A stretch of 64,000 nt of DNA from Eledone cirrhosa (lineage: Eukaryota), in assembly GCA_964016885.1 (NCBI GenBank), contig OZ024741.1, positions 187,736,001-187,800,000 on the forward strand, read 5' to 3'. Under the pieces are notes generated by a model that did not search any database, was not told the DNA's origin, and saw nothing but the letters and a program-made list of their open reading frames with translations. A program made the translations under genes and the position numbers. Positions 40,101 through 52,845 of the stretch are shown here, one piece after another. Position 1 is the first letter of the stretch, and each line of letters opens with the position of its first letter.

Positions 40101-41187
40101 CACCCAGGGAAGTCGCTCAGCAGTATCGCAGTGAATCCATGGATGAAAAACTGCATACTTATCAGCAAAAAATCATGCATGGGTATGTTGCCAGGAAGCT
40201 CCAGAGTGAGAGTAATATAGATAAGGAAAGTAGTCTATCTTGGACCAACAACCGCTATATAGGCTCCCACTTTGAAGGATACGCTTTTACAATCCAAGAA
40301 CGGGAGATTAACACGAAATACCTGATTCACAAGAGATAGGGATGCAGGCAAAACACCTGGATGTGATAACAAGTGCAGACTCTGCAGAACTAACATCGAG
40401 GATATCACCCATGTCATCAGCAGCTGTCCAAAGATGTCATCGCGGTACTATCTACCTATGAGACATGATGTAGTGGCCAAAACACTGTACAATGCAGTTC
40501 GTAAAAAAGATAGCCCCGATAATAAACACATTAAAAGCTACAACAATGTGGAAGACATCCATGTACATAATATGAAAGAGTACTGGTGGAATGTTCCAGT
40601 AAAAACCCCAATAAAATGCAGACATAACAGACCAGGTATGGGACAGGGAGAAGAAAGCATGCACAGTAGTGGAAATTAGCTGCCCAGCAGATGCCAATAT
40701 AATATCAAAGATTAGTGAAAAGTAGAATATTTATGCACAACTGATGAGAAATCTGCAGATACTCCACCCTGATTACACCTTCAGATTTATGCCTGTGATT
40801 ATTGGGGCAGTGGGGTATGTCAGTAACTGCCTCAATACAAATCTTGAGAAGCTAGGCTTCACAGAAACAGAAAGAACACAACTAGTTAGGAAGTTACAAG
40901 TACAATCCATTAATGGAACAGTAAAAATATGTAAAACATTCCAAACATTTGGCATCTCTTAACTGCATATACACATGTACAGATGCAAAGCATATACACA
41001 TACACACATACGACTCAAAACATCCACATCCACACATACAATAACATCCATATCTACACATGCATGCATACATACATATCTACCAAGTTGATGTTGTGTA
41101 AATTCCAATGAGAGAGTCTTGTGTCTATGTTAGAAACCGACTCTCTCTCTATTGGTAAAACTTTGTGAAATTATAAAACCAGAAGAA
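37133..41187 (+). mobile_element. Near-full-length, frameshifted R4/Dong-clade (RLE-type) LINE
   Basis: N-terminal W..N..L..CY..RM..HW..HP motif. RT motifs NYRPIAC, WLDYRKAFDSVPH, GIFQ.DSLS, FFVDDLKLYA, YRYLG, GGRGL. CCHC CRLC..HVISSC. RLE motifs RHD, HNRP, VEISCP. (CATA)n on both sides. Confidence 0.9.
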
Positions 41188-41273
41188 CATACATACATAC
41201 ATATATACATACATACATACATACATACATACATACATACATACATACATACATACATAAATACATACATACA

Positions 41274-41885
41274 TGGTGGCTGCCAACTCGTTTTCGAGTA
41301 CGGCCACTACTTTATATCCATGTAGGAGAACCCCTACCGATGCGCTGAACAAGTGTGACTTTTTAGTCCAGCCAGCGACTTGAAAACTTTGGTACAAACA
41401 CTACACTTGTGACAATTATTGACACATAGTGCTGGGCCCATGGTACCATGTGATGACAAGTGCAGAGAGATCTCCAGATATAAAGCAATGCCTGTGCCGT
41501 GAAGCTTTTATAGTGAGCAAAGGCACTGCACAAAGCCAGTCCCACTCTCTTAACCAAGATGATATTTACCAAAAAGAAGAACAATTCAACATCATTGGAT
41601 ACCATCAGGGTTGCAGGTGTTATATCAGAGTTTTCCTTCTCATAGAATTCTGCCTTGACAAAGGCTAAGGGGTCATCTCTCCCGGTGATTTTGGATGGCC
41701 ATTGACTCTTAAGAGCTCCTTTGCCCTTTGACAGGTTTTGTTTTTAGTCCTGCAGGATGTCCAAAGCCACCCTCCTCACCAAGAAACCTTGGTGGGGTTG
41801 CCAGTTTAGTCGCCAACGACCCGACCATGAGACAGGTTGTACTGGGATACATGTTACCAATAGCACCAACTGGTGACCTGACATA
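41274..41885 (-). mobile_element. Full copy of the ~610-bp non-autonomous RTE derivative
   Basis: Reverse complement of 26833-27441. Confidence 0.85.
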
Positions 41886-41940
41886 ACATACATACATACA
41901 TACATACATACATACATACATACATACATACATACATACA

Positions 41941-41971
<31 letters not shown>

Positions 41972-42538
41972 GCAACGTTTGCATCAAATATACTAAATAG
42001 TTTTGTCCACACACTTTTCAAACATCAGAGAATTAAAGAATTTTTAAAAGGTGGAAATGAAATTGTCACAGCTGGATGAGAAATATTTTGTTGTGTATTG
42101 GGGTGGTTGATGGAAAAATTCTATTGGATTTCCCAGAGAAATCCCCTGTTCAATTTCATTTGTGGTAATAGACAGGTGGTGCTACCAACCATTTCCCATT
42201 CACCTCTTGAGGTTAAGGAACTGTTAAATTAAATTGCTGATAAGGTTTTCAAATTAGGATTATATATTAAAGCTTATAACTCATGCTTTAGCTTTCACAT
42301 CTACAGACATAATGGAAACTAAAAAAACGACCATAATCCACTAGGAGCGTATATGCATTTAATAGATTTGATGTCTTTCATTGGTTAGTCTCATATTTAA
42401 ATGCATCCACTATCAAGGAGCCATGACCATCTGCGATTACCATCTACTTATATACAATAGGAAAATATAATAGAATGATATTAATGCAAAATAGACTATT
42501 TTCAAGATAGTGTGTTCGCACACACTTATATATATATA

Positions 42539-42624
<86 letters not shown>

Positions 42625-42668
42625 GTATATATGCATTCATATAAATACATATATATATACATATAAAT

Positions 42669-42729
<61 letters not shown>

Positions 42730-42797
42730 CACACACACATATATATATATGTATATATGTACATATATAAGTATGTATATATGTACATATATATAAG

Positions 42798-43146
42798 AAG
42801 AGACAGTTATTACTCTAAGGTAAAATACCTTATTGAGTGCTTGACTGCACATTCCGATTGCATTCGTTAGCATGGCTGCAACCAGAGCTTCGATTTTGCT
42901 GAACTTCCATTTGTATTATTATCTCCTAGACTTAATGATTAATTGATTAATTTAATTAGACAAATCTATTGATTGGTTAATTATTTATGTTTGTTTAATA
43001 ACTGTTTCTACTTTTGGCACAAGGCCAGCAATCACCCAGTGCATTACTGGTACTTTATTTTATCGACCCCGTAAGGATGAAAGGCAAAGTTAACCTCGGC
43101 GGGATTTGAACTCAGAATGGCAAGGGCCGTAACTCTATGCGTCAAA
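42798..43146 (-). repeat. SINE A plus ~200-bp flank; near-identical inverted copy of ~51840-52186
   Basis: Direct comparison. Confidence 0.85.
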
Positions 43147-43300
43147 AGGACGAATGGTTAAACCTTTATTACATTTATTCGTTGGTGACACGCATTTCGC
43201 TATTGATCAGCTCAAGGTTCGAACTGTATCGACCTGGCCCGTCTCTAGCATCAACAGCTCGTCTTACCTCTGTTGTAGTAATGACAGAATGCGTTACACT
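43147..43300 (-). mobile_element. Degenerate HHR cassette homologous to 52722-52893
   Basis: Shared tgatcagctcaaggttcga.ctgtatcga.ct.gcccg. Ribozyme core is mutated. Confidence 0.6.
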
Positions 43301-43302
43301 CC

Positions 43303-43400
<98 letters not shown>

Positions 43401-44154
43401 TATGTGTGTGTTTGTGTGTGTGTGTGGGTGTGTGTGTGTGAGAGAGAGAGAGTATATGTGTGTTTGTGTGTGTGTGTGTGTTATTACAAATCCGTACGAA
43501 GCTAAGAGGATATGTGTGTGTATATGTAAGTAAAAAAGTGTATATGTCATTGTAAGTATATATATACATATATACATATATATATACATATATATATACA
43601 CACTATGTTAATAAAAGGGAGTGTGTGTGTATACAGACCTATGAAGAGAAAAGTAGAGGTGTGTGTGCGTATTTTGTTGATCTGTATCAGCTGTAAGAGT
43701 ATATGTTTCTGACCATTAGACAGCCATAGGAATCTAGGGGTGAATGTTCAAGCGCCTGTATGACAACGGACGGAGTAAACGTGACGAGGGCAAAGGGTAG
43801 AGAAGTAAACATGAACGTTGAGCTCACGATCAAAAGTTCAAGAGCTTTATTCCCGGACCGGGCAGTAACTTATGTGCTTGGACAAGACACTTCATTTATC
43901 ATAGCTCTAGTCTACTCCACTGGAAAAAAGAATTGCGGCAACACTGATGCTAAGCTATATCAGCCAAAGCTTTTCCCTTGGATATCTTTAGCGTGTGGAG
44001 GGAAGTCTTGTATGCATAGGCAACTGTTGGTCTTCCACAAAATCACCTTCCCCGGATTGTGCTTCAGAAAGAAAGGTTCCAGGTGCATGGTCAGTCATGA
44101 TTGGTGGCGGAGGGGGGGGGGGGGGGGGGGGCTATATATATATACATATATCAA

Positions 44155-45075
44155 CCCCCTGCGAGATCTCTACAATAGTGCAACATCGACACTGAAGCTT
44201 CACAGAGACACCGAGAAAAATAAGTCGGAGACAGGAGCGAGGCAAGGTGACAACATCTCACCAAGGCTGTTTACATCTTGTCTGCAAGATGCCATCTTGG
44301 ACAAGATGCAGTGAGAAGACAGAGGAATTAACATCGATGGTGAGAGCCTCTGGCATTTAGACTTCGCAGACGACATTGTTTTAACAGCACACTCACCCAA
44401 GGAGCTAGAAACCATGCTCACAGACATCCATACAACAAGTCAACCAGTTGGACTGAACATACCCCTAGGAAAGACCAAGGTAGTGTTCAACAAACATGCC
44501 ACAGCAGCACCTGTCTCCATGAATGGCAGGATCGTTGAGGGAAGTAGCTATGTTTACTTAGGGAAGATGGTGACCTTCTCCCCGAGATCAAGAGAAGTAT
44601 CAAGCGTGGATGGGTGGCCTTCGGAAAGGTATATAAGAATAAAGCAGAAAATCTTCAACGAGCACATTTAGTATGGCAGTGAGACCTGGGCGCTGAATAA
44701 CACCATGAAGAACATACTCAGTGTCGCCCAGCGAAATATGGAGCACATCATGTTGAGTATCACGCTCCGTTACAAGAAGTACACTTGGATCTGACAACAA
44801 ACTGGAGTCAGTGACATAATAACAGCCATCAAGACGAACCAACACAGTTGGGCTGGCCACATCTCGTGACTCAGTGACAACAGATGGACGAGCAGGGTGA
44901 CAGAGTGGACAAGAAGAAAATGGACAAGATCCAAAGGACGTCCAAGGACAAGATCGTGAGACAACCTCACCAACCACCTGAGACACTCATGGCCAAGTCT
45001 GGCAAGGGACAGAAGTGGGTGGAAGGAGTCAAGGGAGGGGTCCTTCCTCCGTGAGTGCTTTCATGACCCCGGATC
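44155..45075 (+). mobile_element. Decayed RTE LINE 3' portion
   Basis: GARQGDNISPRLF, LDFADDIVL, YVYLG, YGSETW, WAGHI and GRPRTR motifs with stops and frameshifts. Confidence 0.9.
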
Positions 45076-45196
45076 AAGGAATATATGTGTGTGTGTGAGC
45101 GTGTACACACATACATTTATAGATACATATATATACATTTATATACATGTGTACATACATATATGTACATATATACATACACATACACATGTGCGT

Positions 45197-45313
<117 letters not shown>

Positions 45314-45413
45314 TTTAGATATACGAAATTCACATACGTATATGTATACACCTATGTTGAAGCTAAATTTTAACATATATATATATATATATATATAAGT
45401 TTTAATATAGATG

Positions 45414-45464
45414 AGATTCTACAGGACTAGAACTGTTTCATTCTTTAGAAATCATCAGGAATCT
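45414..45464 (-). ncRNA. Type I HHR in a pLTR-like fragment (45397-45600)
   Basis: agattc-CTGATGA-t-ttc-taaa-gaa-t-GAAAC-ag-ttctagtc-ct-GTA-gaatct. Confidence 0.85.
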
Positions 45465-45664
45465 GGGTATCAAAAAATAAATATGGTATTTATAGTTCTC
45501 TTCAGGTGGTAGGAGAGGGTAGGGAGTGGGATGGGTGTAGGTCATTGGTTGATAGAAAAGGGAATTCATTAAAAGCTAATTCTTCATAGCTATAGTTTAT
45601 ATTTAGAGTAATAGTATATATATATATATATATTTAGTATATATATATATATATAAAAAAAAAT

Positions 45665-47087
45665 TTTCTAATCCGGAAAAAAATTCTTTTTGGATTTTGT
45701 GAAGAAAATAAATTTGTTGAAAGCACAAGTGAAGCCATTTTTTCTTCCCCCCTGTCTTAATATACCTAACTGTACCAAGGATTACACACATTTTCCAATA
45801 TTCTAACCCCTTGTACAAGACAGAATGGCTAACACACGTTCAAAATCCTCTACTGAATCCCTCAAATCGGATACACTACTACAGGAAATATCAGAAAAAC
45901 TCACCATAATAATAGATAAATATGATTCCCTTACGAATGCCGTACAAGAAATGGAACAACAAACACGCAGCTATAGGGAAAAACTTGATTCACTAATTAC
46001 AGACCGGCAAAAACAAGAACAAACCTTTTCTCCTGAAATAGCTACACATGAACAGAACTCCATCACCAATAATGCATTCAAAGAATGGAATGAACTGAAC
46101 CTAGAAAAAGAAGCCTACAGAAAAAGAAACCAAATGAAAAACATTTGGAACCAACTATTAAATCAAAGGAAACAGGCATACTGGAAAGCCTTGAGGAGTG
46201 AAAACCTAGCAGACACATACGAAATATGGCGTAGCAAGGAACCAGTTATCCTCCCGAGAAAATTCCGAATTAAAGAAATACCATCGAAATCAAAGGAAGA
46301 AACTGCAACAAGACTAAATCTAGCACTCCAAACACTTGAGACCGAAATCACCCTACTCCGCCTAAGAGTGCCAAAATTCAAAGAGAAATTTGAAAAATGC
46401 GACACCACCATCCAAGAGGAAATAAACAAAAGAAGCAGCGGCAATGTACGTGAAAAACTCCTTAACCTATGACAGACAGATACAACTAGAGAGGAGTTAA
46501 AATCAAAGAAAATCTTGGAGTCAAGAACTCAATGGCTTCAAGAATATGAAGATAACTATGGGAAAGACCAAATAAAACCCAGAAAACAAACCCATAGGAA
46601 ACCCCAGAACTCAGGAAAATACAACAACACAAGAAATGAAGCACCCACACACAATAAACTAACAACAACCATATATTGGGTAACCCCAAACACACAACTA
46701 CATACAGACCCAATACTCAACACCAGAACCAGATACAACCACTGCCATAACACCAAGAACAATCACCGGAGACAAAATCAAAGACACATGAATACTGAAC
46801 GAATCAACAGAAGAACCAGACCCCCATACAGCAACGGCCACGCAAGAGTCTATCGCCCAACCAGTTACCGGCATGAAGTTCCGGCGGGCCAAAGGTTTCA
46901 CCACACCAACAACCAACAACTTAATTTATAAAATAATTTAAAAAAAAAAAAAAAAAAATTTCTAATCCGGAAAAAAATTCTTTTTGGATTTTGTGAAGAA
47001 AATAAATTTGTTGAAAGCACAAGTGAAGCCATTTTTTCTTCCCCGCTGTCTTAATATACCTAACTGTACCAAGGATTACACACATTT

Positions 47088-47095
<8 letters not shown>
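45665..47095 (+). mobile_element. Direct-repeat-bounded element (137-bp repeats at 45665-45801 and 46959-47095)
   Basis: The repeats differ at about one base, each is preceded by an A-run, and (TA)n lies outside both ends. Confidence 0.85.
45825..46931 (+). pseudogene. Orphan coiled-coil ORF (368 codons, one in-frame TGA at 46470); probably retroelement-derived
   Basis: The ORF-track pieces 45825-46472 and 46515-46931 are in the same frame. Non-repetitive, heptad-rich, charged sequence. Confidence 0.6.
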
Positions 47096-47150
<55 letters not shown>

Positions 47151-47670
47151 AATACAATAACAGAGATAGTTTAAAGCTAAACTCTGACTGGTAACCATCT
47201 CACTCAACAAACATTAGGTTATATTAAAATATAAACCCAATTTAAGTGTTTGGGGTGCTAACAATATGTATAATGTGGAAAAACCAGTTGTATTATTTTA
47301 TGAGATATAATTAAAGTAAAAGTATATATCTCTTTCCAAACAATTGTTTCATTATAAGTTTTCTACAAGTTTGGGAGAATGTTTCCAGTTTATGTAGAAG
47401 CCTAATATATATTCATGTAAGAGTATATTTAGGTGGGCACTTATAAATCATCAGTGGAAGCCCATTAAACATTGATATAAGAAAACAATTTCTTACCGCT
47501 GTCAAAAATCATGTCCGTAAAGTCGCTCTCTCACCTCGAATGACCGCCAAATTTGAAATTCCAGCAGTTTTTGACTGAGGAAGTATCATAGCGACACGAA
47601 GCGGGAAGGGGAGACAACCCACGATCCACGAAATGAGGAAAAAAAAAAAATAATATATATATATATTAAA

Positions 47671-47712
47671 ATATTACATGTTTCACAGCTAGTTGGCCAA
47701 TCATCAGAAGAC
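47671..47712 (-). ncRNA. HHR-like motif with weak stem I
   Basis: CTGATGA-ttggc-caacta-gctgt-GAAAC-at-GTA, followed by (TA)n. Confidence 0.45.
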
Positions 47713-48021
47713 AAAATCTTGTATCATTTCGAAACTTGTAAAATCAATCTCACATGTTTTTTCTCTGTACAAAGAAAATAACAAAATATTTTTCACATTT
47801 GGTTAAAGTTTCACTGGGAGCTTTATAGACTACAGTTATACCTACAGTAATCGTAGATTTTCTGTTATGCATTGTTTTGCATAAATATACATTTTAAGTT
47901 TTCATTACTATATTTTTAATGAAAGACACTGACTATTTTTTTAAATATATGTGAAAATGATCAAGAATTTGTAGAGATTTAGTAATATTACTAACTTTAT
48001 CAATATTATGTTGGTGTTTGG

Positions 48022-48172
48022 GGAGGTGGATTGGCAGAGCTGTTAGAGTGTTGGACAATTGCTTCACAGTATTTGTTTTGGCTATTTATATTTTAAATTC
48101 AAATTCTGCCAAGGCCGACTTTGCTATTCATCAGTTTGAGGTTGATAAAATAAAGTACCAGTCAAATACTGC
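48022..48172 (+). mobile_element. SINE family A (degenerate)
   Basis: A/B boxes and core. Confidence 0.75.
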
Positions 48173-48176
48173 AATT

Positions 48177-48850
48177 TCTTTTCTTCTTCATCGCCCACTT
48201 ATTCTTGAGAGTGACGTGGGGGTAGCTTCCTCAAACACTCCCTCCAGCGGGTCTTATCAAAAGTAACTGTCTCCAAAATCCGGCTAGATCCCCACGCGTG
48301 TCCAACCAAGCTCATGGATGTTATCCAATCATCTTGCTCGGGGCAACCATCTTGCCTTGGGTTTCTTGTCGGTTGGTTTTGCCCGTAAAATCCGTTCAGC
48401 GATTCTTTCCTGAGACATTCTATCCATATGCCCATAGTATCAGAGCTGTGATCTCTCAATTCGGAGAAATAGCGGCTCTACCTGGAGCGACTCTCTGATC
48501 TCCGAGTTACGCATTTTATCGAGTAACGTTACCCCAAAGACACTTCGGAAGAACCCCATTTGGGCTGCTTGTATTCGCAATCGTATTCTTTCGGTCATTA
48601 CCCAAGATTCATGACTATAGGTAAGGGTTGGAAAGAAAACCGATCTGAAGAGAGCGAGTGTGGCTTTTACACCTACCTCCCTTCTTCTGATTGCTGAATA
48701 CTGAAGTTGGCGCATTACTGCACCAGCTTTTGCAATTCTTACCCTTAAATCAGCCTCCTGCCTTTCATCACTCGTGAACACGGCCCCGAGATACTTGAAC
48801 CTCTTCACCTGCTTCACGGGAACTGCATTCACATGCAGAGTGCACTGCGC
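48177..48850 (-). mobile_element. Decayed RTE LINE 3' portion with (GAA)n tail
   Basis: FKYLG..RIAKA..PTLTYSHESW..RIQAAQM.F.R..RNSEIR..IERSQL. Confidence 0.9.
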
Positions 48851-48999
48851 AGGCTTCCGTTAGAAGACAAGTGTCTCAGGCTACCGGTGCCTTGCAAAAG
48901 CAACACCAAAATTCAGCCCAGAGCATATCAAGTAATCGAAATAACAGAAGTAAACTTTATTTCATCTTTATTTTATTCTGTTCTTCTGTTCAAATTTGA

Positions 49000-49058
49000 G
49001 CTCTCTGATGAGGTCATAGCAGTTGCATAACGGTTATCACCGAAATATAGGTAACAGC
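49000..49058 (+). ncRNA. Type I HHR
   Basis: gctct-CTGATGA-ggt.atagc.gtt-gcat-aac.gttat.acc-GAAAT-atag-GTA-acagc. Confidence 0.7.
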
Positions 49059-49960
49059 GATTATGAATAAACGAAGTTAATTTTAATCTACTAACTTATA
49101 CTTCATGTTTATAAATATACTCCGGACCCAAAAGACCGACCTGCGTACTTCATCGAGTGCTCTAACCTGCATACTGAAGTGTCGGTGATTAAACAAGGAT
49201 ACTAGATTATAGTATGCTTTCTTCAGATAAAATACAATATTTGGTGTTAAGATATTGACATACACAGAGCGTGACTTTACAACGAAAGCCAACAATGGGC
49301 AGTGAAAGAAAATCTCTGACACTGACGCTTGAAACTAGTACATCGTTCCTGTGTCAGTGTTGGACAAAAAGGTGACGTGGTTGCCTAAACACTGTACGGC
49401 GTAATTTGGGATGTTTGTTTGTTTACAAACAAACAAACCGAGCATTATAATAAATGTTCGGTAAACCGATACGTGCATATATATATATGTGTGCATGTAT
49501 GTATATATATACATACTACTGTACGTCTGTATACATATATGTATGTACGTATACATACATATATCCCTATAAGTATACCTATCAATTAAATTAATTTAAT
49601 TTCTTGTTATAGATCTAAATTCCTTGTGTTTTAAATAAGATTGATATTTCTCACTAACACATTTACCCTAAAATTTTATTCTCCTTCGATTTTAACATTA
49701 GCATTATTCTTTAATAACATCAAATTTTCGTGTACCTTTCACCGGCTTGACCTCTTTTCATCCCCAAAGTAATCTTTTCATTCAAAGTATGCTTTCTATT
49801 CAAAACTTAAGTCTGCATTCCTCTATCCCTAAATTAAATTTCTACTACTACTATTCTATCAACTTGACCACTTTCTACTTTTCTATTGGTCAATTCAAAA
49901 CCTGTTCTCAAACAGACCAATTATATTAAATCTTTGTTGGTTTTTTTCAATAAACAAATA

Positions 49961-50098
49961 TCATTATTTCTGAAGACAGCATATATATGTGTAGGTATGT
50001 ATATTTCCTCTGATAGTTTGTAAAATTTTTACATAGATCTATATGATATACATACCAACACACACATATATATCCTAGAAACGATCGTAAAATGATGA
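49961..50098 (+). ncRNA. Type I HHR with a 101-nt stem II
   Basis: tcattattt-CTGAAGA-[long hairpin]-GAAAC-gatc-GTA-aaatgatga. The 3' half recurs at 61640-61705 (minus). Confidence 0.7.
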
Positions 50099-50146
50099 AT
50101 TTTTTAATATAAGGAACTGTTTTTTTGTTTTTATTCATTGTTTTTA

Positions 50147-50185
<39 letters not shown>

Positions 50186-50505
50186 TATATTATATTTAGA
50201 GATTAGACTCATAGTCGTTTACAATTAATCAGCTCAAAGAAAGAGGCATTTCTGAGCAGTGAAAATACAAGTTATATATTAATATATATGATAAACACAA
50301 AACGTGTTTGTATTGTAACAGACAAAGTTAACTAGCATGGAATAAACTAATTAAAGTGAATACAATTTGTCTGTCTCGATATAGTCAATAAAGACAAGCT
50401 TATATTGGCAAAAGCCGTGATTCCTGGACAAATTTAAATTTCAAAATCCAAACCCGCTCCGTAGATGAATTTGAACTTCGAAACCCAAATATGTTTCGCA
50501 ACATG

Positions 50506-50570
<65 letters not shown>

Positions 50571-50736
50571 AAAGTTTTATTTAAGATTGTTGGGTTACAA
50601 CGAGTAAATATTTTATAACTGATATAAAAGCACTCAACAGTTTCTGGAGTAGGTTTACGATATTAAACAAATGGAAACTATATTTATATTATTATAAGGT
50701 ATGTCAATAATTATTTATAAAACAGCTTATGTATTG

Positions 50737-50803
50737 TATTTTGTCTGAGGAAGGCATACCATATTTTTTAATATGATATCCCAGAAATATATATAACGAA
50801 ATA
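50737..50803 (+). ncRNA. Type I HHR, relative of 32738-32803
   Basis: tattttgt-CTGAGGA..GAAAT-atat-ATA-acgaaata. Confidence 0.75.
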
Positions 50804-50844
50804 AATATGGTTTTATAAATATAGTTTCCATTTGTTTAATATCG

Positions 50845-50953
<109 letters not shown>

Positions 50954-51181
50954 TTACATATATATATATACTTACATATATATATATACTTACATATATA
51001 TATATACTTACATATATATATAGACATACATACATATATATATAGACATACATACATATATATATATAGATATAGATATAGATAAATATATATATATAGA
51101 TAAATATACGTAGGTCCCGGGTTGAGTCGGGGATAACCACAGTAAGTAAGGTACTCAATACATGGCAGAGTAAAATTTTTT

Positions 51182-51306
51182 TATTTTATAGAAGGAGCTT
51201 CTACAGGACTAGTACTGTTTCATTCAGATGAAATCTTCAGGAAGCTTCCTGAAGATTTCATCTGAATGAAACAGTACTAGTCCTGTAGAAGCTCCTTCTA
51301 TAAAAT
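51182..51306. ncRNA. Perfect palindrome encoding a complete HHR on each strand
   Basis: agcttc-CTGAAGA-t-ttc-atct-gaa-t-GAAAC-ag-tactagtc-ct-GTA-gaagct (51243-51293) and its mirror. Axis AAGCTT. Confidence 0.9.
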
Positions 51307-51827
51307 ATAGATAAATATATATATATATAGAAATGGAAGTACAGCAGAATCGAAGCTCTGGCTGCAGCCAAGCTAACGAATGCAATCGGAATGTGCTGCT
51401 AAGCACTCAATAAGGTATTTTACCTTAGAGTGATAACATTACGTTTAGACAGCTTGGCAAATTGAAAACTGCGACCGGTAAGCCAGCCAGCCGTAAGGAC
51501 CAAAGCAACGAGAAAACCAACTCAGGATAATTTGACAAACCTGGACCATCGCGTCGATATTAATCAATATCTCCGGTAGGTTTCTGTGAAGACGAAATCA
51601 ACAAATCCACTTGCAGGGTATGCAAGTTATTGGTTTTGGAAGATCCAACTGAGCGTTCACTTTCTCAACAGGTTTCCGTTCTATGCCGCTGTCGGGTGTG
51701 AGTTATAGCAGTAAGACTGCTGGCGGTCACGTGGTTTTCCCAAAGGGAGGTTGAAATTAATATTTTGAACAAAGGAATAAATTCCTTTCCACAAACCGGA
51801 TAAAGCTCTCGACCAGACGTTATAAAC

Positions 51828-52693
51828 GGACGCCATGCTTTGCAGCAAAGAGTTACGGCCCTTTATGGTCTGAGTTCAAATCCCGCCGAGGTTAACTTTG
51901 CCTTTCATCCTTACGGGGTCGATAAAATAAAGTACCAGTAATGCACTGGGTGATTGCTGGCCTTGTGCCAAAAGTAGAAACAGTTATTAAACAAACATAA
52001 ATAATTAACCAATCAATAGAATTGTCTAATTAAATTAATCAATTAATCATTAAGTCTAGGAGATAATAATACAAATGGAAGTTCAGCAAAATCGAAGCTC
52101 TGGTTGCAGCCATGCTAACGAATGCAATCGGAATGTGCAGTCAAGCACTCAATAAGGTATTTTACCTTAGAGTAATAACTGTCTCTACTTTAGGCACAAG
52201 GCCAGCAATTACACAGTGCATTACTGGTACTTTATTTTATCGACCCCGTAAGGATGAAAGGCAAAGTCAACCTCGGTGGGATTTGAACTCAGATCGTGAA
52301 GGGACGTAACTATACTGGAAAGCATGGCGTCCGACCCTCTACTGATACTGCCAATCCATATGTTTAGACAGCTTGGCAAATTGAAGACTGCGACCGGTAA
52401 GCCAGCCGTAAGGACCAAAGCAACGAGAAAACCAACTCAGGATAATTTGACAAACCTGGACCATCGCGTCGATATTAAGCATAGCGTGTGGCTGAGTGGT
52501 TAGAGAATTTGATTCGCAATCGTAAGGTTGTGAGTTCGATTCCTGGACCAGGCGATGCGTTATGTCCTTGAGCAAGACACTTTATTTCACTTGCTCCTTC
52601 TACCTGGAGTTGCGACCGATAGATAGTATTAGCAATTGGAAAGACCAACGGAAACATTGTTCCCTCGGTCCGATTTGACGAAAGTCGATCGTT
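51828..52693. mobile_element. SINE cluster: A (51828-51985 +), A (52183-52357 -), B (52484-52693 +)
   Basis: Near-consensus copies. Confidence 0.85.
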
Positions 52694-52760
52694 CCTTTTT
52701 TTTTATATATATAAAATAATACGAGGACGAGTGGTTACTCCTTCATTACGTTTATTGGTT

Positions 52761-52845
52761 GATGACGCGCGTTTCGCCACTGATCAGCTCAAGGTTCGAT
52801 CTGTATCGATCTAGCCCGACTCTGTAATCCGCGGCTCGTCAGACC
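52761..52845 (-). ncRNA. Type I HHR with extended stem II, in a cassette with 26-bp terminal inverted repeats
   Basis: ggt-CTGACGA-gccgc..gtggc-GAAAC-gcgc-GTC-atc. Confidence 0.75.

Noticed and set aside
46470-46472. In-frame TGA as selenocysteine
   Set aside because: The context fits Trp (TGG>TGA), no SECIS was recognised, and there is almost no 3' UTR before the A-run.
52484-52560. tRNA gene
   Set aside because: tRNA-like head continues into a SINE core and tail present in multiple copies; no proper acceptor stem.
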